This document shows, in pieces, positions 41,985 to 52,843 of a stretch of 64,000 nucleotides of DNA (positions are counted from its first letter, which is position 1; every line of letters starts with the position of its first letter). The notes under the pieces are model-generated. The model saw only the letters and a program-made list of their open reading frames with translations. It did no database searches and was not told the DNA's origin. Position numbers and translations under genes: made by a program. Source of the DNA: Macrostomum lignano (taxonomy: Eukaryota); contig NIVC01002230.1 in assembly GCA_002269645.1 (NCBI GenBank), positions 1 to 64,000 of the forward strand, written 5' to 3'.

Positions 41985-42790
41985 CCACTGGAGGATCAGC
42001 AGCGGGGGGAGCGGGCAGCTCACTGGAGGATATCAGCAGCAGGGGGTAGCGGACAGCTCACTGGAGGATATCAGCAGCAGGGGGTAGCGGGCAGCTCACT
42101 GGAGGATATCAGCAGCAGGGGGTAGCGGACAGCTCACTGGAGGATATCAGCAGCAGGGGTAGCGGACAGCTCACTGGAGGATATCAGCAGCAGGGGTAGC
42201 GGGCAGCTCACTGGAGGGTCAGCAGCAGGGGGTAGCGGACAGCTCACTGGAGGATCAGCAGCAGGGGGTAGCGGGCAGCTCACTGGAGGATATCAGCAGC
42301 AGGGGGTAGCGGGCAGCTCACTGGAGGATCAGCAGCAGGGGGTAGCGGGCAGCTCACTGGAGGATCAGCAGCAGGGGGTAGCGGGCAGCTCACTGGGGAT
42401 CAGCAGCGGGGGGGGGGGTAGCGGGCAGCTCACTGGAGGATCAGCAGCGGGGGGGGGTAGCGGGCAGCTCACTGGAGGATCAGCAGCAGGGGGTAGCGGG
42501 CAGCTCACTGGAGGATCAGCAGCAGGGGGTAGCGGGCAGCTCACTGGAGGATCAGCAGCAGGGGGTAGCGGGCAGCTCACTGGAGGATCAGCAGCAGGGG
42601 GTAGCGGGCAGCTCACTGGAGGATCAGCAGCAGGGGGTAGCGGGCAGCTCACTGGAGGATCAGCAGCAGGGGGTAGCGGGCAGCTCACTGGAGGATCAGC
42701 AGCAGGGGGTAGCGGGCAGCTCACTGGAGGATCAGCAGCAGGGGGTAGCGGGCAGCTCACTGGAGGATCAGCAGCAGGGGGTACAGGGTA
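41985..42790. repeat. 36-nt minisatellite between the two SSB-like genes
   Basis: CAGCTCACTGGAGGATCAGCAGCAGGGGGTAGCGGG units. Confidence 0.95.
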
Positions 42791-42908
42791 GCTCACCGAG
42801 GGGCCAACAAGTGAGGTATAGACAATAATTGATTGATCCCTATCCTTAAAAAATCGCTTTGTCTGCACAACTCTCTACTGCATGTAGACGCGCTCGCACG
42901 CAAGCGCC

Positions 42909-43956
42909 ATGCTCTCAGCGGCTTACAAGTCAATCGCCCGTCAGCTACTTCAGCAGCAGCAGCCGCAGCGGCTTCAGCTACTCACAGCCGGCTTGTACAC
43001 TTGGGATGGCAAGAACTACAGCGATAATCGCAGTAGACGACAGCCTGGAAGCGAAGGCGGCGAGCTTCGGGCCGCCGCTCCGCGCGACTATAACGAAATT
43101 AGGCTGCGGGGTACCGTTACCAAGGTAACGCATTCGGTTTTCTTGGATAGAATTATTATCTCAGTTGTTTGAATTCCTTGAATCCGTGATTCCTTGAATT
43201 CAAGTTTCCAGTCCATCATACTCGCAGTGGTCCTTGCATATAAGTGTCCAGTCCATACTCGCAGTGGTCCTTGCATTTGTGTCTAGTCCATCATACTCGC
43301 AGTGGTCCTTGCATTTGTGTCTAGTCCATCATACTCGCAGTGGTCCTTGTATTTGTGTCTAGTCCATCATACTCGCAGTGGTCCTTGCAATCAAGTGTCC
43401 AGTCCATTCTACTCGCAGTGGTCCTTGCATATAAGTGTCCAGTCCATACTCGCAGTGGTCCTTGCATTTGTGTCTAGTCCATCATACTCGCAGTGGTCCT
43501 TGCAATCAAGTGTCTAGTCCATCATACTCGCAGTGGTCCTTGCATTCAAGCGTCCAATCCCCCTCCCCATCCAATTGGCAGATATTCCAAGCCAACAACC
43601 GGGGCTGCCGGTTCATTCTGTGCACAAAGAAGCTCTACAGAAAGGTGAACCCGGGCGGCAGCTGGCGCTGGGCCGAGTCAACTGTCAATCACTATGTATT
43701 TGGCGGCGGGGTCAACCTGCCCAGCTACCTGCCCTACGTGTCCGTCGGCTCTCGGATCGACATGTCGGCTATAATATTTTATCAGGAGCGGCGCGGCCCG
43801 GCGGACAGCCAGGCGGAGGGCGCCAACGCCGCAGCCGACGCTGAGGCGCGCACCAACAGGCAGGCCAACCTGCGGCTGAACTGGTTGAAACCGGTTGAAG
43901 AAGAGGAAATGGTCGACATCAGCTTCGACGTGCAGTTGGACGAGTCAACTTATTAA
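42909..43956 (+). CDS. divergent SSB-family OB-fold protein B (mtSSB-like), 196 aa; exons 42909-43124, 43582-43956
   Basis: Phase-0 GTAACG donor and GGCAG acceptor join DYNEIRLRGTVTK|IFQANNRGCRFILCT. Later NHYVFG, YVSVGSRIDMSAII and RQANLRL align with the SSB beta-strands and with protein A. Acidic C-terminus. Confidence 0.7.
43205..43545. repeat. ~38-nt minisatellite in SSB-like B intron
   Basis: GTCTAGTCCATCATACTCGCAGTGGTCCTTGCATTTGT units. Confidence 0.9.
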
Positions 43957-44299
43957 TCAAATGAAGGACTCTAATGCTGGTTCTTATTACAATCAGTAGT
44001 ATATGTTGCAAAAAATTTGAAATCTGTTTAGTTTTAGTCGCGATTCTAGAATTAACTCTGCATACGCTACAATATTTAAACATCTCAAGTGGCATTTAAT
44101 TGTCTCGTGTAACACGCTATATATCTGTATTCAGATAATAAATCAATTGATTGATTTATGGCGTCCGAGCAAAGCAGATTTGCGTGTCTTTTCTTATTGG
44201 TTCTGCCACAGCCTTTGGCTTTGAGTTTTTAGAATTTCTACAGGTATATAACTAAACCTTAATCTAAATATCGCACAGGGTCAGTTTCAATAGCTAGAC

Positions 44300-44860
44300 T
44301 CCTAGATCAACTGGGGAAATTCCCCTCGGGAGCCCTGAATCAACTGGGGAAATTCCCCCCATGAGCCCTGAATCAACTAAGGGAAATCCCCCCTTTAAGC
44401 CCTGGATCATCCAAGCGAAATTCCCCCCATAAGCCCTGGATCAACTAAGGGAAATTCCCCCCATGAGCCCTGGATCATCCAAGCATAATTCCCCCTATGA
44501 GCCCTGGATCAACTGAGGTAAATCCCCCCTATCAGCCCTGGATCAACCAAGCGAAATTCCCCCCATAAGCCCTGGATCAACTAAGCATAATTCCCCCTAT
44601 GAGCCCTGGATCAACTGAGGTAAATCCCCCCTATCAGCCCTGGATCAACCAAATTCTCCTCATGAGCTTCGGATCGGAACAACTGAGGGAAGTTCCTCTC
44701 TGGAGCCCTGAATCACCTGAGGGTAATTCCCCATGAGCCCTGGATCAACAGAGGGAAAATCTCCCATGAGCCCTGGATCAACAGAGGGAAAATCTCCCAT
44801 GAGCCCTGGATCAACAGAGGGAAAATCTCCGATGAGCACTGGATTAACTGAAGAGAATTT
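44300..44860. repeat. ~35-nt degenerate minisatellite upstream of SLC25A32
   Basis: CCCTGGATCAACTAAGGGAAATTCCCCCCATGAG-like units. Confidence 0.88.
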
Positions 44861-44897
44861 CCTCATGAGCGTCTGGCCAATATGACTCTTACTTTTC

Positions 44898-46655
44898 ATG
44901 CTCACAATGCAGTCGGGCAGCAGTAGCAACGGCTCCGGCAGCTGGCAGCGTCAGTTGCTAAGCAACGTGCACTGGGAGAACATGGCGGCCGGCGTGGCTG
45001 GCGGCCTGCTGTCCACACTGGCCTTGCACCCGCTTGACCTGGTCAAGATTCGCTTCCAGGTGAGAGTTCTCAAGCTTTCAAGAGTTCTCAAGTATCAGGT
45101 AGCGAAGGTGTCCCAATGAATTACTACATAGAGATACAACCAGTAGTGCTCAATAGAATTAGTCGATGCGGAAGTCTCTGATCCCCAATGACTCACCACC
45201 CGCACCCCAACCAGGTGGACGAAGGAGTCGGCGCCAGCGGCCGTCCCAGCTCCCGGCCGGTGTACCGCGGCCTGATGCACGCGCTGTCCAGCATCTACCG
45301 GACGCAGGGCCTGACAGGCCTGTACGCCGGGGTGGTGCCGAACCTGTGGGGCGCGGGCGCCAGCTGGGGTCTGTACTTCCTGTTCTACGAGGCCGCCAAG
45401 GTGCAGCTGCAGGGCGGCGACCGGACAGCCCGTCTGCCAGCCGGACACCTGATGGGAGCGGCAGCGGCGTCCGGCGCGGTCACGCTGATGTTCACCAACC
45501 CCATCTGGGTGTGCAAGACCCGGCTGTGCCTGCAGTACGGCCTGGGATCTGGCACCTCGGTAGCGGCGCATCGCTACAGGGGCATGCTGCACGCTCTGTA
45601 CAGCATCGCCCGGTTGGAGGGTCTGCCCGGGCTGTACAAGGTAGGAGGGAGTCTTGGGAGACTGCGGCATTATTGGCTGACTCTTTATTTAGCTTTGATT
45701 ATTGACTTCATTGTTGATATATTGATTGGTTGTTAGGTTAGTTGGTAGACAGATTAGTAGGTTTATTAGTAGATCGATATGTAGGTTAATTAGTAGATCA
45801 GATCGATTAGTAGGTTGAATGGTAGATAGATTAGTAGGTTAATTGGTAGATTGATTAGTAGGTTCACTGGTAGATCGATTAGTAGGTAAATAAAGTAGAT
45901 CGATTAGTAGGTTATTTGGTAGATAGATGATTAGGTTAATTGTTAGATAAATTAGTAGGTTAATTGGTAGATAGATTAATAGGTTAATTGGTACAATAGA
46001 TAGATTAGTGGGTTAAATGGTACAATAGATAGATTAGTAGGTTGATTGGTAGATAGATTAGTAGGTTAATTGGTAGATTAGTGGGTTTATTGGTAAATAG
46101 ATTAGTGGGTTAGTTGGTAGATAGATTAATAGGGTAGCTCTAAACTATAAATTTATCTATTGGAGTATGTTAGTAGATATCAATCAATAATCCCGGGTTG
46201 TCGAATATCCTAGACTTTGAATCCTGACGTACGCAAACTTCTGCGTTGCCTCACTCAACCAGGGCTACTTGCCCGGCCTGTTCGGCGTCTCCCACGGCGC
46301 CATCCAGTTTCTGGTGTACGAGAAGATGAAGAACCAGTACACATCCGCCTATCAGCTGGCCGCGAACGCCAAACTGCCCACCCTGGTGTACCTGGGCTGC
46401 GCCGCCCTCTCCAAGATTGTGGCCGCGGCCACCACTTATCCCTACCAGGTGATCAGGTCCCGCCTGCAGGAGCAGCACAGGGAGTCGCGCGGCGCCCTCC
46501 GCGTCTGCCGCGACCTTCTAGCCGTTGAAGGCTGGCGCGGCTTCTACAAAGGCTTGCTGCCAACCCTGCTGAGAGTGACTCCGGCCTGCTGCATCACCTT
46601 CGTGGTGTACGAGCACTTTGCCACCTTCCTGATGCCGTTAAGGCACGCCACGTGA
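44898..46655 (+). CDS. SLC25A32: mitochondrial folate/FAD carrier SLC25A32, ~326 aa; exons 44898-45059, 45215-45640, 46263-46655
   Basis: Three carrier signatures: HPLDLVKIRFQ, NPIWVCKTRLCLQY, YPYQVIRSRLQ. Also GASWGLYFLFY, PGLFGVSHGAIQF, RVTPACCITFVVYE. GT-AG phase-0 introns. The exact start is uncertain (ATG 44898 or 44907, or an upstream exon). Confidence 0.93.
45745..46135. repeat. degenerate GATTAGTAGGTTAATTGGTAGATA-type repeat, SLC25A32 intron 2
   Basis: Read directly. Confidence 0.8.
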
Positions 46656-47519
46656 CATGACACCGGTAGCACACCTACCTTTCATTATGCTTAGCTGTAT
46701 TTTTACTAGAGGCAGGGGAGTGTACGCTCATCCTTAGGCATGTACACCTCACTGTGTCTGGGGGGGGGGGGGGGGGGGTTGGCCCTCAAGGGTGTTAATT
46801 GCACGAGCAGAGCCAAGTCGGGACAATTCATTTTAGTCCCAAATTAATGCGACTGCACTTGAAATCGAGCCTCGGATTCTGGCACATCAGAGAGTCTGGC
46901 TACGCCCCCCATGCTTAGCTGTAGCTTTCATGCCAATCTGTTAGTACTGTTGCTTCTCACATTATTTTTGCAAACTGTCTAATTTCTCTATTTTGTCAGA
47001 GGGGCACCGCTGCCCGCCCTATTGTTAGTGAAAATTAGATTGTTTTATTAAACAATATAGTTCTTGCGGACCGATATTTTAGCCTGTTTAGCGTATTTTA
47101 TCGTTGATTATTTAACTGCATTATTTGACAGATTTCATAGCAGCGCATTTCGATAGCATATTATATTACGAGTACAATTATGATGCAATTACGATGTTAT
47201 TTGCCTTGTTTTTTGAGTCCGATTAACTAGTTTTAAAGATGTTTGATACAGTGCACCGCTGTGTTCAATGCAGTTCATAACAGTAGACACTTAACCAAGC
47301 CATTTTTGCGCTTTCTACCGGTAATAACTCGGTGGTTACCAGTAATTAAAGGTTGCCGAACAATTTTGCCACCTAATTGCATTAAGTTATTCAGCTAATT
47401 GAATGCCTCCAGCGCATCTGTTAATTTTAGTGCTTGATTTTTATTGATGAATTAAAACGCTTAAATCTGCTGACGTGCTGCTCTTTGTTGCTTTATTTAA
47501 CTGCTAACTGTAGGTTATT

Positions 47520-48063
<544 letters not shown>

Positions 48064-48507
48064 GGAGTGCAGGGTGCACGACAGAGGAATAGGAGCCTGG
48101 GGCAGAATTATTCTGCAGTTTTACATTTCAAGCCGTTTTACGAGGTACAAGCGGCTTTCGTAGTTCTTCTTATTCTTTCAACTCGCAAAGAGCTCTGCAA
48201 TTTCATACACAGTGCGACATGCAGCTCTGCAAAATGGCAGCGCTGCAAATGGTATTGTCTCTCCTCCTAGGCTAGGCTGTAGCACCTGCTCCGCTAAGGC
48301 ATTGCTAGTTTGCAGAACCAGATCGAAGAGCCCCAAGTTGCGAACTTCTTGAGCGCCCTCTGGCCGTGCACCGTCGTTGCTTTTCAATTGTGCCTGTAAT
48401 AACATGCAGCGCCGGCCTCCTCCCCATTTCCTAGCTGAGTTGAGTGAGTAGGAGTGCCGCACACTGGCTCTCTCGCACGCTGGCTTGAACTTTGAAACTC
48501 GAATAGC

Positions 48508-48516
48508 TATATATAG
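48508..48516 (+). promoter_or_regulatory. TATA-like box upstream of the gelsolin-like gene
   Basis: TATATATAG ~90 nt upstream of the ATG at 48597. Confidence 0.3.
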
Positions 48517-48596
48517 TGCAGTGTTGGAATTCTAATTCTCTTCAATCTAGCCTGCTAGCTAAAGCTGTTGCATAAGTTGAGTCTGGATTATTAATC

Positions 48597-51408
48597 ATGC
48601 AGAAAGCTAAGCAGTACGATTGGAAGGACAGCAATTTGGCCCTGTTCGGTTCAGATTTGGATAGACAAGTGAAAAGTGAGACATATTTGGCACAGTGACA
48701 AAACCTTTGTGATCTGTGATATAATCTACAGGCTTCAATGACTTGAAATTTGCACTTTTCAGAGGAGTCCGCCGAGAAGGAGCGGGCCTGGGCGCCAGTA
48801 CTTGAGAACAGGCGGCCTCAACTGTACGTCTGGCGAATTGAGGCAAGTATTTAATAAAGCAACCATTTCTGTTTTTCCCCGTTGAAGACATTACCCTGAC
48901 AAGAGATCGCTAAATAGCCATCGCAAACAACTCACTAGTGAATCTGGGGCGATTCTTGTGACTTTTAAACGACTGAAATGTGAAAAAGAGGGACTGTTGA
49001 GTCACGAGTGCATTAAGCGAATTTCAGAATCGTAAAAGAGCCGCCAGTTTTAGCGCTTAACTGTCTACTAACTGAAGTAGACTAAATAGAGTTGTCATAT
49101 CATGAATTCTAAATGCGATTCTGATGCATAAAATGACGCATATGCGCTTTAGATGCTACTTAGTGATTCTACAGCGACTCCAACACGTTTTAATGTCGTC
49201 TCTAGAGTCAATTCTTTTCTATTTTACCTGTGTGACCTGCAACGACTCTGAGGCGACGGAACTGACTCTTGGGATGCTTCTTAGCCTAAGTGTCATTTTT
49301 ATCGGGTTTTAACACGGGCATTTGAGCTTAGAGCGACCCGATTAAGCTTTAGACACCTATAATTAGGGCCTTTCTACCAACCCCAGACTTTGCGTTGTCT
49401 ATGGAGGAACGGCCTGTAGCAGCAGGATTTCTAAACCTGGAGATGTACTGCAGTCATGCTCCTCAGTGGGGTGTTCCGTTCGGTTTCAACTAAAATATAT
49501 AATCGTTGCTTTGCCTTTCCCAAATTGTTACTTTCAGTAGTGAGTTGGATAGTGATTTCATATTTACTTTATTACTTTTTCCTTTTCTAGAACTTCAAAG
49601 TTGTCGAATGGCCCAAAGAATTGTACGGCAAATTCTATAGCGGCGACTCCTACATTATTCTGAACGCCTATATGGAGCAGGACAAGCTCTGCTACGATGT
49701 GCACTTCTGGATTGGCAAGGAGAGCACGGCTGATGAGTACGGCACCGCCGCCTACAAGACTGTGGAGCTGGACACTCTGCTAGACGACCTGCCTGTGCAG
49801 CACCGCGAGGTTCAAGGCCACGAGAGTCGCCTGATGCGCAGCTACTTTCCTGAGATCACCTACCTGGCCGGCGGCTGTCCGAGCGGATTTCGTAGCGTTA
49901 AAACTCGCGAGTACAAGCCTAGGCTGCTGCACTTTAAGGTGGGATATAGTTACATCAAGTGTATTTTCAGTCGGATGTAGTTTCAGTATTGTGTACTTTT
50001 AGTCTGGTGTACTTTTAGTCTGATGTACTTACAGTCTGATGTACTTTTAGTCTGATGTACTTTCCGTCTGATGTACTTTCAGTCTATTGTACTTTTGGTC
50101 TGATGTACTTTCAGTCTGGTGTACTTTTATTCTGGTATACTTTCAGTCTGGTGTAATTTTAGTCAAAAGTACTTAAAGTTTGTGGTACTTTCGATCCTTA
50201 CTGGTATCGTTATTGTATTTAAAAATGCAAACCCCATACCCCTACATCAGGGCGAACGCCAAAACATCGTAGTTTGGGAGGTGTCAAAGTCGCGCAAATC
50301 GCTTGACAACACCGACGTGTACATTCTCGACCTTGGCGACCGGGCCATCCAGTGGAACAGCAGCGGGGCCAATAAGAACGAGCGGTTCAAAGCTGCCCAG
50401 TACCTGCAGGGACTCAAGAGCGAGCGGAACGGACGCCTGTCCTGCGAGGTCATTGAAGAGGACAGCGCCGATCCCAATGTGAGTGAATTTGAGCCTTAAA
50501 AAGCCATGATTGCTGCTAATAATCAAATTTACTATCATTAGTAAATCAATACTCGCTCAATTCAGCACGAATTCTACTCGTCGCTTACCGAAGAGGAGGC
50601 GGATCCGGCCGACTCAAACCCGTTTGGATCGCAGCAGAGCCGCTCTGGACAGAAGCGGATGCTCAGGCGAGTGCTTTTTCGATTGTCACTCTGCAATTTT
50701 CACTCCAGGATTGTCAATTTGCAGTTGTCACTCCCGACTTTTCACTCTAGGATTGTCACTCTGCAATTGTCACTCTGCAATTGTCACTCCTGACTTTTCA
50801 CTCCAGGATTGTCACTCCCGACTTTTCACTCCAGGATTGTGACTGCAATTGTCACTCCCGATTTTTCACTCCAGGATTGTCACTCTGTAATTGTCACTCC
50901 CGAATTTTCACCCTTGTCTTACAGACTGTCCGACGAGTCGGGCAATCTGCAGTTCGACCAGATTCAGTCAGAGTCACTCGATCGCGGCGGCATCACTGAA
51001 GAGGTGAGTTTTTTATTTGGGTTATTGGTTTTACACACTACTTACTCAACAGGGTTGTAAGTAGTATCGTGCGCAGTTGATTTTTCAAATCTGCATGACA
51101 CAATCTTCTATATATTTAAGGACGTATTCATCATTGACAATGGATTCGAAGTCTACGTTTACGTTGGCAAGGAGGCCTCCGTGGCTGAGCGTCGCAACGC
51201 CCTGAGCTATGCTCACGTGAGATCGCTTAGCTGACTGCTCTATCCTGACGTATTTGATAGCATTAAAGCCTTATATAGTCCAATATATCTAATCTGTTAA
51301 AAAATTCAGAATTACCTACAATCCAGCGAGAATCCGTTCGCCCCGGTGACTGTGGTCACTCCCGAGGCTCCCAGCAAGACTAAAGCCGCTTTCGAGGCCA
51401 GCTTCTAA
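48597..51408 (+). CDS. three-domain gelsolin/severin-like actin-severing protein, 369 aa; exons 48597-48675, 48763-48842, 49591-49938, 50251-50478, 50566-50666, 50925-51003, 51121-51216, 51310-51408
   Basis: MQKAKQYDWKDSNLALFGSDLDRQVKKESA (invertebrate gelsolin-like N-terminus), VWRIE|NFKVVEWPKELYGKFYSGDSY, DEYGTAAYKTVELD, QHREVQGHES, DVYILDLG, MLR|LSDESG, DVFIIDNG. Introns 2 and 5 need GC donors. Confidence 0.93.
49980..50175. repeat. 16-nt degenerate repeat, gelsolin-like intron 3
   Basis: GTACTTTTAGTCTGAT-like units. Confidence 0.8.
50680..50910. repeat. degenerate TCACTCC...GATTG repeat, gelsolin-like intron 5
   Basis: TTTTCACTCCAGGATTGTCACTC units. Confidence 0.8.
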
Positions 51409-51689
51409 GCTTTGGCAGCTAAACATTTGCCTGGACATTCTATGGATTGTTTCTCCTGTTTTAATTCAAGTTCATTATATTGGTTTCAGAGTGATCTGTT
51501 TATCGAATTATAAACCGTTTATTCTTGTTTCTAGGATTGACTTTAAAATTTGTTTATTCCATAAATAGATTGTTTAAAACGAAAGCTTATATACGAGTAT
51601 TTTGGTAGTTGCGGTTTTATTAATATGCTATTCGCAATCGTGTTCTGCTTTTTTCGATTCTAGTTTATACGAAAATCCATCCTAGGTAT

Positions 51690-52620
51690 ATAGCAGTCCT
51701 TGGCTGCCAGTTATCCAGTCCAAGTAGAACTATAGCAGTCCTTGGCTGCCAGTTATCCAGTCCAAGTAGAACTAAAGCAGTCCTTGGCTGCCAGTTATCC
51801 AGTCCAAGTAGAACTATAGCAGTCCTTGGCTGCCAGTTATCCAGTCCAAGTAGAACTAAAGCAGTCCTTGGCTGCCAGTTATCCAGTCCAAGTAGAACTA
51901 AAGCAGTCCTTGGCTGCCAGTTATCCAGTCCAAGTAGAACTAAAGCAGTCCTTGGCTGCCAGTTATCCAGTCCAAGTAGAACTATAGCAGTCCTTGGCTG
52001 CCAGTTATCCAGTCCAAGTAGAACTATAGCAGTCCTTGGCTGCCAGTTATCCAGTCCAAGTAGAACTATAGCAGTCCTTGGCTGCCAGTTATCCAGTCTA
52101 AGTAGAACTAAAGCAGTCCTTGGCTGCCAGTTATCCAGTCCAAGTAGAACTATAGCAGTCCTTGGCTGCCAGTTATCCAGTCCAAGTAGAACTATAGCAG
52201 TCCTTGGCTGCCAGTTATCCAGTCCAAGTAGAACTAAAGCAGTCCTTGGCTGCCAGTTATCCAGTCCAAGTAGAACTATAGCAGTCCTTGGCTGCCAGTT
52301 ATCCAGTCCAAGTAGAACTATAGCAGTCCTTGGCTGCCAGTTATCCAGTCCAAGTAGAACTATAGCAGTCCTTGGCTGCCAGTTATCCAGTCCAAGTAGA
52401 ACTATAGCAGTCCTTAGCTTCCAGTTTTCCAGTCCAAGTAGAACTATAGCAGTCCTTGGCTGCCAGTTATCCAGTCCAAGTAGAACTATAGCAGTCCTTG
52501 GCTGCCAGTTATCCAGTCCAAGTAGAACTATAGCAGTCCTTATCTGCCAGTTATCTAGTCCAAGTAGAACTATAGCAGTCCTTAGCTTCCAGTTTTCCAG
52601 TCCAAGTTGAACTATATGTC
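51690..52620. repeat. 42-nt minisatellite upstream of VPS51
   Basis: TATAGCAGTCCTTGGCTGCCAGTTATCCAGTCCAAGTAGAAC units; source of the 330-aa minus-strand pseudo-ORF. Confidence 0.96.
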
Positions 52621-52843
52621 CTTGACTACCGCCTACCATTTCAGTTAGAATTTTCAAATCAGTCCTTGGATTTCAGTTTGCCAATCCAATGGAACCTTGG
52701 CAGTCCTTGCCCCATACAATAGAGCCAACAGTCCATTGACTCTAGCAGTCCTTGCCCCATACAACAGAGTCATCAGTCCATGGACTCTAGCAGTCCTTGC
52801 CACATCCAACAGACCCAGCAGTCCATGGACCCCCCTGCTGTTT

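Noticed and set aside
51665-52657. 330-aa minus-strand ORF (AIVLLGLDNWQPRT)n, superficially LRR-like
   Set aside because: Exact translation of a 42-nt DNA tandem repeat. It starts at a non-ATG codon and is homogeneous at the DNA level, so it is not a protein repeat under selection.
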